The position numbers were made by a program, and so were the translations under genes. Positions 10,564 through 19,212 of a stretch of DNA of 64,000 bases are shown here, one piece after another. This DNA comes from an uncultured Porticoccus sp. (lineage in GTDB: Bacteria > Pseudomonadota > Gammaproteobacteria > Pseudomonadales > Porticoccaceae), in assembly GCF_963973895.1 (NCBI RefSeq), contig NZ_CAXBBF010000001.1; one strand, given 5' to 3'. A model generated the notes under the pieces. The model was given only the letters and a program-made list of their open reading frames with translations, was not told where the DNA came from and made no database searches. Positions within the stretch are counted from its first letter, which is position 1; each line of letters begins with the position of its first letter.

Positions 10564-11565
10564 TTAGCGGAGAATTGCCTGTTTGTCCCAGCTGATACGT
10601 TTCTGAAGGAGCAGCATGAGGCGATCCAGCAGAAAACCGATCAGTCCAATGGTCACCACAGCCACCATGATGCGACCCAGCGAATCCGATGAGCCATTCT
10701 GAAACTCATCCCAGATAAATTTTCCCAAACCGGGGTTCTGGGCCAGCATCTCGGCGGCAATCAATACCATCCAGCCAGTGGCCAGGGATAACCGCATACC
10801 GGTGAAAATCATGGGTATGGCGGAAGGGATAACAATTTTTTGGACGTGCACCAGCGAAGGCAGTTGCAGAACCCGGCTGACGTTGACTAGGTCGCGATCG
10901 ATACTGGTGACGCCCACCGTAGTGTTGATCACGGTGGGCCAAAGGCAACAGAGGGCCACAGTAAATGCGGAGGTCAGAAAGGCCTTTTCAAACATGGGGT
11001 CATCGGTGACATAAAGGGCCGATACCACCATCGTCACTAGCGGTAGCCATGCCAGGGGTGAGACCGGCTTGAATGTCTGAATGATCGGGTTCACCGACTG
11101 GTACACCTTTTCGCTCAAGCCGCAGACGATGCCCAGCGGCACCGCAATCACTGTGGCGATCAGAAACCCGAAAGACACGGTATAGAGGCTGGTTATCACC
11201 TGATCCAGGAAGGTGGCTTTACCGGTATAGCTGCGAATTTTTACTTCCGCATCGGGATTCTGGGCCAGCCGTTTGGCATTTCTATCCTCTTGCCGCTGGT
11301 AGAATGCGGCTGCTTTTTCCCGCTCCCGTTGGTGCTCGGCCAGCAAGCCTTTGGATTGCTCCCAGACTTGCACCGGTCCCGGAAATTGCCCCAGTGAGGT
11401 ATCGATATTGTTGGCGACACCCTGCCAGAGCATTAAAAAAATCAGGATGCCAGCAAGAGGGAGGGCGAGGGTTTTACCCACTGTGCGGGCAATACTGCTC
11501 AGTTGTGAGATAGAGAAGCGGGCGATTCCCTGTTCATTCCTGAAAATAGCAGCAAGGTCAGTCAT
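10564..11565 (-). CDS. nrtB: Nitrate/nitrite ABC transporter permease
   Basis: 333-aa polytopic membrane protein of the NitT/TauT permease type, located between the binding-protein and ATPase genes. Confidence 0.85.
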   Translation of the reverse strand: MTDLAAIFRNEQGIARFSISQLSSIARTVGKTLALPLAGILIFLMLWQGVANNIDTSLGQFPGPVQVWEQSKGLLAEHQREREKAAAFYQRQEDRNAKRLAQNPDAEVKIRSYTGKATFLDQVITSLYTVSFGFLIATVIAVPLGIVCGLSEKVYQSVNPIIQTFKPVSPLAWLPLVTMVVSALYVTDDPMFEKAFLTSAFTVALCCLWPTVINTTVGVTSIDRDLVNVSRVLQLPSLVHVQKIVIPSAIPMIFTGMRLSLATGWMVLIAAEMLAQNPGLGKFIWDEFQNGSSDSLGRIMVAVVTIGLIGFLLDRLMLLLQKRISWDKQAILR

Positions 11566-11636
11566 GTAATAGATCCTTCGGTGGCTAATGGGCAGCCTTG
11601 ACTGCCCGTGCTTTACTTAAGATTTAGCGTTGCCCA

Positions 11637-13028
11637 TCAGAGCGTTTCGTCTTTCAGACCAATGGAAAATTTTTCCAGGTAGGCGTTGGGCTGCGTGCCA
11701 TCGAACGTGATGTTGTCGATAAACTCTGATTGAGGCGGTTTGAAACCGGATTCGCTGTCCAGGTCCGGAAAATCCTCCGCAGACATCAGTCCTTCGGCAA
11801 TCAATGCCTTGGCTGCGGTGGCATAGATGTCTGGGAGATAGACTTTCCTGGCGGTCTCGAAATACCACTCATCGCTTTTGGGCTCGGCAATCTGTCCCCA
11901 GCGGCGCATCTGGGTTAAATACCAGACGGCATCGGAGTAATAGGGGTAAGTGGCAAAATAACGGAAGAACACGTTGAAGTCGGGTACGTCGCGTTTGTCA
12001 CCCTTCTCGTATTCAAAGGTTCCCGTCATGCTGTTGGCAATAACTTCATAATCCGCGCCGACGTATTCCGAACGGGAGAGGATTTCAACGGCTTCAGGGC
12101 GGTTGACATTGTTGTTTTCATCCAGCCACTTGGCGGCACGGAGCATGGCCTTGACCAGGCGGGCGGTGGTGTTCGGGTACTTCTCGGTAAACTCCTTGGT
12201 CATGCCAAAGACTTTTTCCGGGTTGTTTTTCCAGATCTCATAATCCGTGATCACTGGAACCCCGATACCCATGAATACCGCTTGCTGGTTCCAGGGCTCG
12301 CCGACGCAGTAGCCGTGAATAGTGCCAGCCTCCAGGGTGGCGGGCATCTGAGGTGGAGGTGTGACAGACAGCAGGGCTTCGGCGTTGATATTGCCGCTGG
12401 TATCGCCCTTGTGTGGTGCGTAGAAGCCGGGATGAATACCGCCGGCCGCCAGCCAGTAGCGCAACTCGTAGTTGTGCGTGGAGACCGGAAAAACCATGCC
12501 CATTTTAAATGGCGTGCCCTGCGCCCGCATTTGATCGACCACCGGCTTCAGATAGTCGGCTTTGATCGGGTGGACCGGTTTGCCCTCAGCCATCGGTACG
12601 TGGGCTTTCATTTTCTCCCAGACAGCATTGGAAACGGTAATACCGTTTCCGTTGAGGTCCATACTGAACGGCGTAACGATGTGGGCTTTGGTGCCAAAGC
12701 CAATGGTGGCCGCCAGGGGCTGACCGGCGAGCATGTGGGCGCCATCAAGTTTGCCGTCGATAACCCCATCCAACAGCACTTTCCAGTTAGCCTGTGCCTC
12801 AATGGTGACGTAGAGTCCCTCATCCTCGAAATAGCCATTTTCGTAGGCGATAGCGATAGGTGCCATGTCCGTCAGCTTGATAAAGCCAAACTTGAGCTCG
12901 TCCTTTTCAGGCGGTCCCAGTTCGGCGTGTGCCCAACTGCCCATGACCAAAAAGGACAGGGTCAACAGGATCCATTGTGGAAATTTCAGTCTTTTCTGTA
13001 CCAGGGAGTCTTGAAAATTGCTGTTCAT
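11637..13028 (-). CDS. nrtA: Nitrate/nitrite ABC transporter periplasmic binding protein
   Basis: 463 aa with a signal peptide ([15 protein letters not shown]) and an NrtA/NMT1-like body. It is paralogous to the cytoplasmic NasS ORF upstream. Confidence 0.88.
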   Translation of the reverse strand: MNSNFQDSLVQKRLKFPQWILLTLSFLVMGSWAHAELGPPEKDELKFGFIKLTDMAPIAIAYENGYFEDEGLYVTIEAQANWKVLLDGVIDGKLDGAHMLAGQPLAATIGFGTKAHIVTPFSMDLNGNGITVSNAVWEKMKAHVPMAEGKPVHPIKADYLKPVVDQMRAQGTPFKMGMVFPVSTHNYELRYWLAAGGIHPGFYAPHKGDTSGNINAEALLSVTPPPQMPATLEAGTIHGYCVGEPWNQQAVFMGIGVPVITDYEIWKNNPEKVFGMTKEFTEKYPNTTARLVKAMLRAAKWLDENNNVNRPEAVEILSRSEYVGADYEVIANSMTGTFEYEKGDKRDVPDFNVFFRYFATYPYYSDAVWYLTQMRRWGQIAEPKSDEWYFETARKVYLPDIYATAAKALIAEGLMSAEDFPDLDSESGFKPPQSEFIDNITFDGTQPNAYLEKFSIGLKDETL

Positions 13029-13063
13029 TTAACGGCTACCTCAACTGTGAATGTCACTTGCAT

Positions 13064-13130
13064 AAAAAAAGCCCACCTGCAGGTTTTATGTGCAGGGGGC
13101 TTCATTGCCCTTAATACCAGTGGACCGGTA
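13064..13130 (-). promoter_or_regulatory. nrtA leader attenuator: two adjacent hairpins followed by an intrinsic terminator (NasT/ANTAR-type antitermination target)
   Basis: The minus-strand RNA reads UACCGGUCCACUGGUA-UUAA-GGGC AAUGAA GCCCCCUGCACAUAAAACCUGCAGGUGGGC-UUUUUUU. The GCCC arm of the hexaloop hairpin is also the 5' arm of the terminator stem, so the two structures are mutually exclusive. nasS and nasT lie immediately upstream. Confidence 0.75.
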
Positions 13131-13167
13131 TCAATCGGTGCGTTATTGGTGTCTTAACTATCAGGCA

Positions 13168-13183
13168 TACAAAATATATGCCA
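13168..13183 (-). promoter_or_regulatory. Candidate sigma-54 promoter for the nrt-nir-nasA operon
   Basis: The minus strand reads TGGCAT-ATATT-TTGTA with correct -24/-12 spacing, but the -12 element is GT rather than the conserved GC. It lies about 140 nt upstream of the nrtA ATG. Confidence 0.35.
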
Positions 13184-13317
13184 AATAATAAAGTCGGCAA
13201 AAACAGGATGTTGAGACGAGCGGGGAGGGAGTAGCCGGGCCGTCGGCACAATTCTGGGGCGCTTTTCAGTCGAGTTGCACCAAGAGGTGACTTTGGGCCT
13301 GGTTGTTGCGGGGAGGG

Positions 13318-14541
13318 TTAGTCGTTGCGATTTTTTTGCAGCACCTGGGGAGATACCATCAGATCGCTACCCAATTTAATCTGATCATTAAACCAATAGG
13401 GTTCAGCATGGGACCCTTCACTCTTGTGGTCCTGATCCGGTGTGGGGTAACCCAGCAACCGGGCAGCTTCTCGGTATAAATCCGTCCGGAAACACTGTTG
13501 CGTGATAGACACTATTTTTTCGCGATCGAAAACCTTGCCCAGCAGCGGTTCACAGTGATGCAGAAGAAATTCCGCTTGGGATCGCCATGGAAAACCGGCA
13601 TTGTAACTGGCGAAAACGTGGAAATTCGGATGGTGTTCAGCCGCACATCCGCGGTCATACACCAGATTGCCGATCAGTGATGGCCGCAAATAGTTGGTGG
13701 GCAAATCCAGATAATCCCGGCGAGTCAACATTTGCACAGTGGCTTCACGGTTGTCCATATCGGCGAGCCACTGACAGGCCTCCATCAATGCCAACCGCAA
13801 CCGAAGGTGAGTGGCGGGATTGCGGGTATGCCATTCCTCCATGACACCCAGTACTTTTTCCGGTGCATTGTTCCAGACGTGGAATCCCGTGGTAGCCAGT
13901 ACCCCGACGCCATATTCCACCGCGATACTGTTCCAGGGTTCGCCGGCACAGAAACCGTCGATAACGCCCTGAGCGAGGCTATCCACCATCTGTTCCGGTG
14001 GCAGCACGATTACCCTGACATCGCGATCCGGATCAATACCGCCCGCCTCGAGGCACATACGAAGCAATTGTGTGTGCGTGGAGAAAGAGTGGACAGTAGC
14101 GAGGGTGATTGTCTGGTTGCTGGGCTGTTTATCCAATACTTTTTTGAGCGCCCTGGCACTTGCCAGGGGTTGGTTAGGCTGCAGGGGAATGTCTGACTGA
14201 TTGACCATTTGTTCCCATAGGGGGCGGGACAGGGTAATCCCGTTACCATTGAGCGATAGCACTAACCCAGTGACAATCGGCGCGCGTATCCCCGCAGCCC
14301 CCAGCGTTGTCACCAGCGGCATGGGTGCCAGCATCTGACAGGCGTCAAAATTCCCGGCGATCAGTTTATCGCGGATATTGGCCCAAGAGACCTCCCTGCA
14401 AAGCGTCACATCCAGGCCGTATTTGGCAAAAAGCCCCAGTTCCTGGGCGATGATCAACGGCGCGCTGTCACTCAGTCGCATATAGCCGATGTTAAGATTC
14501 TGCCGTTCGCCGGTTGGTAATTTATGGATAGTTGTCTGCAT
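13318..14541 (-). CDS. nasS: NrtA-like cytoplasmic nitrate/nitrite sensor, partner of NasT
   Basis: 407 aa with an NrtA/NMT1-like fold and no signal peptide. It lies 3 nt downstream of the ANTAR regulator gene. Confidence 0.85.
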   Translation of the reverse strand: MQTTIHKLPTGERQNLNIGYMRLSDSAPLIIAQELGLFAKYGLDVTLCREVSWANIRDKLIAGNFDACQMLAPMPLVTTLGAAGIRAPIVTGLVLSLNGNGITLSRPLWEQMVNQSDIPLQPNQPLASARALKKVLDKQPSNQTITLATVHSFSTHTQLLRMCLEAGGIDPDRDVRVIVLPPEQMVDSLAQGVIDGFCAGEPWNSIAVEYGVGVLATTGFHVWNNAPEKVLGVMEEWHTRNPATHLRLRLALMEACQWLADMDNREATVQMLTRRDYLDLPTNYLRPSLIGNLVYDRGCAAEHHPNFHVFASYNAGFPWRSQAEFLLHHCEPLLGKVFDREKIVSITQQCFRTDLYREAARLLGYPTPDQDHKSEGSHAEPYWFNDQIKLGSDLMVSPQVLQKNRND

Positions 14542-14543
14542 GA

Positions 14544-15155
14544 TTATCTCGCGCTGCCACTGGGCTTTCCCAGAATATTAATCACTGACCGAGCCGCCTC
14601 GGGCAAACTCTGGTTGGTGTCCATCGAGAGTGACCGCAAGGTTTTGTGTGCCTTGTCTTCGCTGATGCCGCGTTGAGCCATCAGCAGTTGTTTTGCCTCT
14701 TCTATTACAGACTGACTGGCAAGCTTGGTGCGTGCGTCATCCAGGGCCCTGCGCAGGGACTGGTAGGACTTGAACTGGGCAATGGCCAGATCAATAACCG
14801 GTTTGACGCGGTCCGGGTTCAGCTCATCCATCAGGTAGGCGGTCACTCCGGCGTCCACGGCCTGTTCGATAAAAGCGGGATCTTCCTCATGGGAAAACAT
14901 GACTACCGGTCGCGGATTGTGGTGGTTGACCACCGAGAGACTTTCCAGCACATCACGACCGGGCGACTGAATGTCGATCAATACCAGATCTGGCTGATGC
15001 TGTTCGATCTGGAACAGTAATCCGGTCGCCGATGGCAGCCGCGAAATGACTTCAAAACCGGAATCCCGAAGTTTTTCTTCGACACTGGCAGATCGTTCGG
15101 CATGATCATCGACCAGCATGATACGAATGGGGTCCCTGGCTGAAGGTGGTGTCAT
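14544..15155 (-). CDS. nasT: Response-regulator receiver plus ANTAR RNA-binding antiterminator
   Basis: 203 aa with a receiver N-terminus (IMLVDD...) and a C-terminal ANTAR region (IEEAKQLLMAQRGISEDKAHKTLRSLSMDTNQSLPEAARSVI). Confidence 0.9.
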   Translation of the reverse strand: MTPPSARDPIRIMLVDDHAERSASVEEKLRDSGFEVISRLPSATGLLFQIEQHQPDLVLIDIQSPGRDVLESLSVVNHHNPRPVVMFSHEEDPAFIEQAVDAGVTAYLMDELNPDRVKPVIDLAIAQFKSYQSLRRALDDARTKLASQSVIEEAKQLLMAQRGISEDKAHKTLRSLSMDTNQSLPEAARSVINILGKPSGSAR

Positions 15156-15203
15156 GGGGCTCGATTTGAAGTAATTCGTTGGAAGGATAGGTTTAAAAGT
15201 GCG

Positions 15204-15241
15204 AAAAAATCAGTGGCAGTCGAATCATAGCCTGCCACTGA
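15204..15241 (-). terminator. Rho-independent terminator after the porin gene
   Basis: The minus strand reads AUCAGUGGCAG-GCUAUGAUUCGA-CUGCCACUGAU followed by UUUUUU, 28 nt after the stop codon. Confidence 0.75.
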
Positions 15242-15268
15242 TAGAGATGCCACGATGATGCTCGGGGA

Positions 15269-16477
15269 TCAGAACTTCACATTGACTGAAAACCAGATTT
15301 TGTCGGTGTCCTGGGAAAATTCATCGGCATCGTATTTGGCGTACTTCAGCTCAACGCCAACGTATTTGTTGATCGGGTAGCTTGCCACGGCATTATATTC
15401 CTCGCCATAGTCGGCGCTGCCCTCATCGGCGGAATAGTCGTGGTAGAAAAAGGCCAGATTGGTTTTGCCAACGCTGCCGGTCATCTTGAAGTAAATGTCC
15501 TCAATACCATCGGCAGGTGTGACCAGAAACTGATCCGCCCAGCCCTGAAACTTGTGCAGAGTGGCGAGGGGCGTGCCGAAGGCTTTCATCCCGTCATCAC
15601 TGCCCAGTAACTCATAACCGATGCCCAGACCGATACCTTTGATTTTTGTACCAATCTCGGCCATGTAGTAGTCGGCGTCGTAATCAATGGGTCCATCGGC
15701 ATAATCGGTCTGGCTGGCGGCACTGGCTGCCAGGGTGATGGGGCCAACGGCACCACTGTACTCAATACCATAGGTCTGCGATGAATTGGCCGCTGCATTG
15801 TCAAAATCCAGCAGATAGGCAAAGGCGGCCAGCTTGTGACCTTCAAATGGCGAAAATGAAAGGTAAAGCGCATGTGAGTCAGAGTCGTAGCGACGCGGTT
15901 GTGCGCCACCCGTATCGGGCCCGAAAATTCGGTTTACATCCCAGATATAGCTGTAATCCAATGTGACGGGCCCGATGGGCAATTGAACCCGTACAGAGTC
16001 ATAGGTCTGTTCGTTCTGGCGCCAACCCACACCACCGACAAATCGCTGGCCGGAATGGAGAATGCGCTGGCGGCCGGCTGTACCGGTAAAGCCATCTTGC
16101 TGATACTTGAGATAGACCTGATTGATATCGGTGCCATCCGGATCAGCAACGATGGGATATTCACCGACTTTCCCGTTGGAGGGTGTCGCGTAGTTTTCGC
16201 CACCAATGTGGCTTACGTCATCGACTTCCAGTAAGCCGGAAAAGCCATGATAGCTGGCCGAAGTCCAGGTTATACGAGACTTGAGTGTGGATGCATTGGC
16301 ATTCTTTTCGGCATTTTCATCATCCACATGCTCAAATCGATAACGAAAAGTAAAACTGGTATCACTCTTGGTGAATATTTCTGAAAAACTGGTGGCTTCT
16401 TCAGCACTTGCCATCAGCAAAGGGTGGAGGCCAAACAGTAATGCAAAAGCTGAAAGTCGAACAGATCTCGGTTTCAT
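15269..16477 (-). CDS. Outer-membrane beta-barrel porin, alginate-export (AlgE)-like family
   Basis: Track ORF 15269..16555 trimmed to MKPRSVRLSAFALLFGLHPLLMASA (signal peptide, GAGGA RBS 7 nt upstream). The body has alternating beta-strand-like sequence and a C-terminal aromatic residue (..VNVKF). The upstream 26 codons cover the leader terminator. Confidence 0.8.
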   Translation of the reverse strand: MKPRSVRLSAFALLFGLHPLLMASAEEATSFSEIFTKSDTSFTFRYRFEHVDDENAEKNANASTLKSRITWTSASYHGFSGLLEVDDVSHIGGENYATPSNGKVGEYPIVADPDGTDINQVYLKYQQDGFTGTAGRQRILHSGQRFVGGVGWRQNEQTYDSVRVQLPIGPVTLDYSYIWDVNRIFGPDTGGAQPRRYDSDSHALYLSFSPFEGHKLAAFAYLLDFDNAAANSSQTYGIEYSGAVGPITLAASAASQTDYADGPIDYDADYYMAEIGTKIKGIGLGIGYELLGSDDGMKAFGTPLATLHKFQGWADQFLVTPADGIEDIYFKMTGSVGKTNLAFFYHDYSADEGSADYGEEYNAVASYPINKYVGVELKYAKYDADEFSQDTDKIWFSVNVKF

Positions 16478-16515
16478 GTGAAATTCCTCGAGTTTGTTTT
16501 CCCCAAAACAAAAAT

Positions 16516-16560
16516 AAAAAAAGCCCGTACGCAGGATGGCGCGCACGGGCTTCATTACCC
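16516..16560 (-). promoter_or_regulatory. Porin leader attenuator, paralogous to the nrtA leader element
   Basis: The minus-strand RNA reads GGGU AAUGAA GCCCGUGCGCGCCAUCCUGCGUACGGGC-UUUUUUU. It has the same hexaloop, the same shared GCCC arm and the same 7-U tract as 13064-13110. Confidence 0.7.
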
Positions 16561-16585
16561 AGTAGGATGTAGTGTCAAAAAGTTA

Positions 16586-16603
16586 CAAGCATAACCCGTG
16601 CCA
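16586..16603 (-). promoter_or_regulatory. Candidate sigma-54 promoter for the porin leader
   Basis: The minus strand reads TGGCACG-GGTT-ATGCTTG, with GG and GC at canonical -24/-12 spacing. It lies about 25 nt upstream of the hexaloop hairpin. Confidence 0.55.
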
Positions 16604-16824
16604 TATATTTAATAATGGCTGTTTTAGTTGTTATGGGTGGCCTGTAGGGCATCAGGTGGGAAATTTTTGTTTGAATTTGGTGCGATAAAAAAACGAGTGC
16701 GGAGTAATTTGGGGCAAAAAAGTATTTAGCTAATAGCAACAGCGAAGGATTTGGTGGGCATGAAACATACGGGCATGTCTACCATGGGTGAGGCGTGGTC
16801 GACTTAACGATGATGCGGTATATA

Positions 16825-16855
16825 ACAGCCCCGGTCATTTGATAACCGGGGCTGT
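16825..16855 (-). terminator. Hairpin terminator after the EF-hand gene
   Basis: 11-bp perfect stem (ACAGCCCCGGT / ACCGGGGCTGT) with a 9-nt loop, 16 nt after the stop. The trailing tract is only UAUAUA, so it is a weak terminator. Confidence 0.45.
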
Positions 16856-16870
16856 CAGGTATTGTTAATC

Positions 16871-17200
16871 CTATTTATCGGCTTTATTGCAATGCAGGCG
16901 ACGTTTTTCCTTCCATTCTGCTTTCATTCGCTTCTTGGCTTCCATCGCTTCGGTTTTGCTCACCAACCCATTGCCATCTGCATCCATCGCGTTGAAGTGG
17001 GCCATGCGTTTTTCCATTTTTTTCCGGAGGCCCGCTTCATACTCTGCTCTTGATATATTGCCGTCCTGGTCAGTATCCATATTTTGAAACATGGAACCGG
17101 TATAACTTTTTCTATCGCCGGGCTGATCGGATTTTGTTGTTGTCTCGGCGAAGCTGGATGTGGCGAGAACAATGCCCGCCAGTAACAGTAGTCGTCGCAT
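16871..17200 (-). CDS. Secreted EF-hand calcium-binding protein
   Basis: 109 aa with signal peptide MRRLLLLAGIVLATSSFA and two canonical EF loops (DTDQDGNISRAE, DADGNGLVSKTE). Confidence 0.8.
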   Translation of the reverse strand: MRRLLLLAGIVLATSSFAETTTKSDQPGDRKSYTGSMFQNMDTDQDGNISRAEYEAGLRKKMEKRMAHFNAMDADGNGLVSKTEAMEAKKRMKAEWKEKRRLHCNKADK

Positions 17201-17316
17201 GGTATTTCCTCATTGGTGATTAAAGACGTGATGCTTTTAACGCCAGAATAAGGATTCGGTTGACCTGCGCGCTGTATAAATTTTGAAGAAAGGGTTTCGT
17301 CGGTACAACAACATGC

Positions 17317-19212
17317 TCACCCGGAAGTATTCTTTGCATCCTGCCGGTCGAGAATATGCTCAACCTCGTCCATCAATCGGGTCATTCGTTGAATCATGGG
17401 GCGATACGCGGCTGGATCAGCCAGATCCACTCCCGAATTTCTGAGTAACTTGTAGGGGTAGTCAGAACCGCCCGCCTGCAGAAGGTCAAGGTACTGTCGC
17501 CGTGCTTCTTCGCCACCGGTTGTAATGCGTTCTACCAGGTTGTAGGCGGCAACCATAGACGTCGCATACTGGTATACAGAAAAGTTGCGGTAGAAATGTG
17601 GAATGGAGGCCCACTCCACGGTATAGGGTTCATCAATTTGCATGATACCCATGCCGTGGCCGGCATGACGCTTCTGAATCGTTCCATACAACGTATTCAG
17701 TTTGTCGCCCGACAGATTGCCGCCGCTCTCAACCTGCTCATGGATAGCCAGTTCGAATTCGGCAAACTGGGCCTGTCGAAAAAAAGCACTTCGCAAAAGA
17801 TTGAGTTCTCGAAACAGGTAAAACAATTGCTCGTCGTCGCTTGACGCGTTGTCGCGCAGATAATCAAAAAGGAGTAATTCATTAACCGTCGAGGGGATTT
17901 CTGAAATAAAACCGGAATAAGCGGATTTGCTGAAGGGTTGATGAGTGTTGGCCATCAGGGAGTGCATGGCGTGCCCCCATTCGTGAGCGTAAGTGCTGAC
18001 AGAGTCAAAGGTACCCTCAAAATTCAACATCAGGAAAGGATGGACGTCATAGGCGGCTCCCATCACATAGGCACCCTTACGCTTGTCTGGTGCAGGATAG
18101 GCATGTAGCCAGTGTTGTTTCAGCGCCTCGCTGAGTGGTCCGCCATAGTCTCTGCCCAGGGGCGTGAGCGCGGCCTGTGTCAACGTGGCGGCGTCTTCTA
18201 GCGTGTATCCCCTAGGCAAGGTGACTGCGGGTGTGTAGAGGTCGTAGTAACGGGATTCCACGAGGCCGAGTATTCGTTGACGCAGTCCAAGCAGGCGGTG
18301 GAGGGATGTGAGGTGTTCATTGGCGGTCGACAACAATGTCCGGTAAACCGCCTCAGGGATGTTGTCCTGGGACAGGGCGCGATCCAGGGATGAATCGAAA
18401 CCGCGCACTCGGGCTATCATCGCCTCTTTCTTTACCTGTCCCTCCAGGGTGAGGGCAAGGGTCTGACGAAAATGCTGGTAGGTTCCCCAGAAGCGCTCAA
18501 ATACCCGTTTTCTATCGTTGCGGTTTGCCGATGCCCGGTGGGCTTCATAGGTCATCGGGTTGAGAGTGACTTTTGTGCCATCCGACAGGGTGATTTCCGG
18601 CCAGGGAATGTCGTTGTTGACCAGCACACTGTAGGTGCTTGAGGTAGATTGCAGTGCATCTGAGGCCGCTCTGAGGACGTGTTCCCCCTCTTCACTGAGA
18701 ATATGTGCAGATTGACGCAGGGTATTGCGGATAAAAAAATCGTGCTCTTCAAGTCGTGCGCTTTCATCGAGGTAGTGGTTAAGGGTTGCTTCTCCGATAT
18801 GGCTGAGCTCTTGCTTCACAAAGCGCGTGGCTTCTGTGAACTCGACAAGCAACTCCTGGGCAACCGTTGCCCGTTCCTGATACTGGATATTGCTCTGGTT
18901 AGTATCTTTGTTCAGAAAGGCATAAACGTAAAGTTTGAGCAGGGCTCTATAGGTGTCGGCAACCCGGTTCAGGCAATCAGCCAACACGCCCGCGCTGTCG
19001 CCGAGAATACCTTCGCACTCACCGATGGCACCGATTTGTGCGGTGGCATTGTTGCGTGCTTCGTCCCAGCTGGCGATATCCGGGTACAGGTCGGAGAGAT
19101 CCCAGACAGAAGCAGTGGGTTCCGCCTGGGGTAACGGCAGGGATTCAGTGGTTGATTCAGCCAGTGTCTGGACTGTAATCGCAAGCAGACAAAGACCGAG
19201 GTATCGTTTCAT
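17317..19212 (-). CDS. M3-family oligoendopeptidase (PepF-like), secreted
   Basis: 631 aa with signal peptide MKRYLGLCLLAITVQTLA and zinc motif HEWGHAMH. Its ATG overlaps the xseA stop (ATGA at 19209-19212). Confidence 0.85.
   Translation of the reverse strand: MKRYLGLCLLAITVQTLAESTTESLPLPQAEPTASVWDLSDLYPDIASWDEARNNATAQIGAIGECEGILGDSAGVLADCLNRVADTYRALLKLYVYAFLNKDTNQSNIQYQERATVAQELLVEFTEATRFVKQELSHIGEATLNHYLDESARLEEHDFFIRNTLRQSAHILSEEGEHVLRAASDALQSTSSTYSVLVNNDIPWPEITLSDGTKVTLNPMTYEAHRASANRNDRKRVFERFWGTYQHFRQTLALTLEGQVKKEAMIARVRGFDSSLDRALSQDNIPEAVYRTLLSTANEHLTSLHRLLGLRQRILGLVESRYYDLYTPAVTLPRGYTLEDAATLTQAALTPLGRDYGGPLSEALKQHWLHAYPAPDKRKGAYVMGAAYDVHPFLMLNFEGTFDSVSTYAHEWGHAMHSLMANTHQPFSKSAYSGFISEIPSTVNELLLFDYLRDNASSDDEQLFYLFRELNLLRSAFFRQAQFAEFELAIHEQVESGGNLSGDKLNTLYGTIQKRHAGHGMGIMQIDEPYTVEWASIPHFYRNFSVYQYATSMVAAYNLVERITTGGEEARRQYLDLLQAGGSDYPYKLLRNSGVDLADPAAYRPMIQRMTRLMDEVEHILDRQDAKNTSG

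Noticed and set aside
12282-13157. 291-aa ORF on the plus strand.
   Set aside because: It is antisense to nrtA and runs through the leader terminator. No motifs.
13276-13291. NtrC-like enhancer site TGCACC-AAGA-GGTGAC upstream of the nrtA leader promoter.
   Set aside because: The spacer is 4 nt instead of the 5 nt in TGCACC-N5-GGTGCA. The right half-site is imperfect, and the site lies at the very end of the nasS coding region. This is too weak to call.
16478-16555. 26-codon N-terminal extension of the porin ORF. The 65-codon extension of nirD (5830-6024) is the same kind of case.
   Set aside because: The porin extension covers the leader terminator and hexaloop hairpin, and it precedes a much better start with an RBS and signal peptide. 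The nirD extension overlaps the nirB 3' end.
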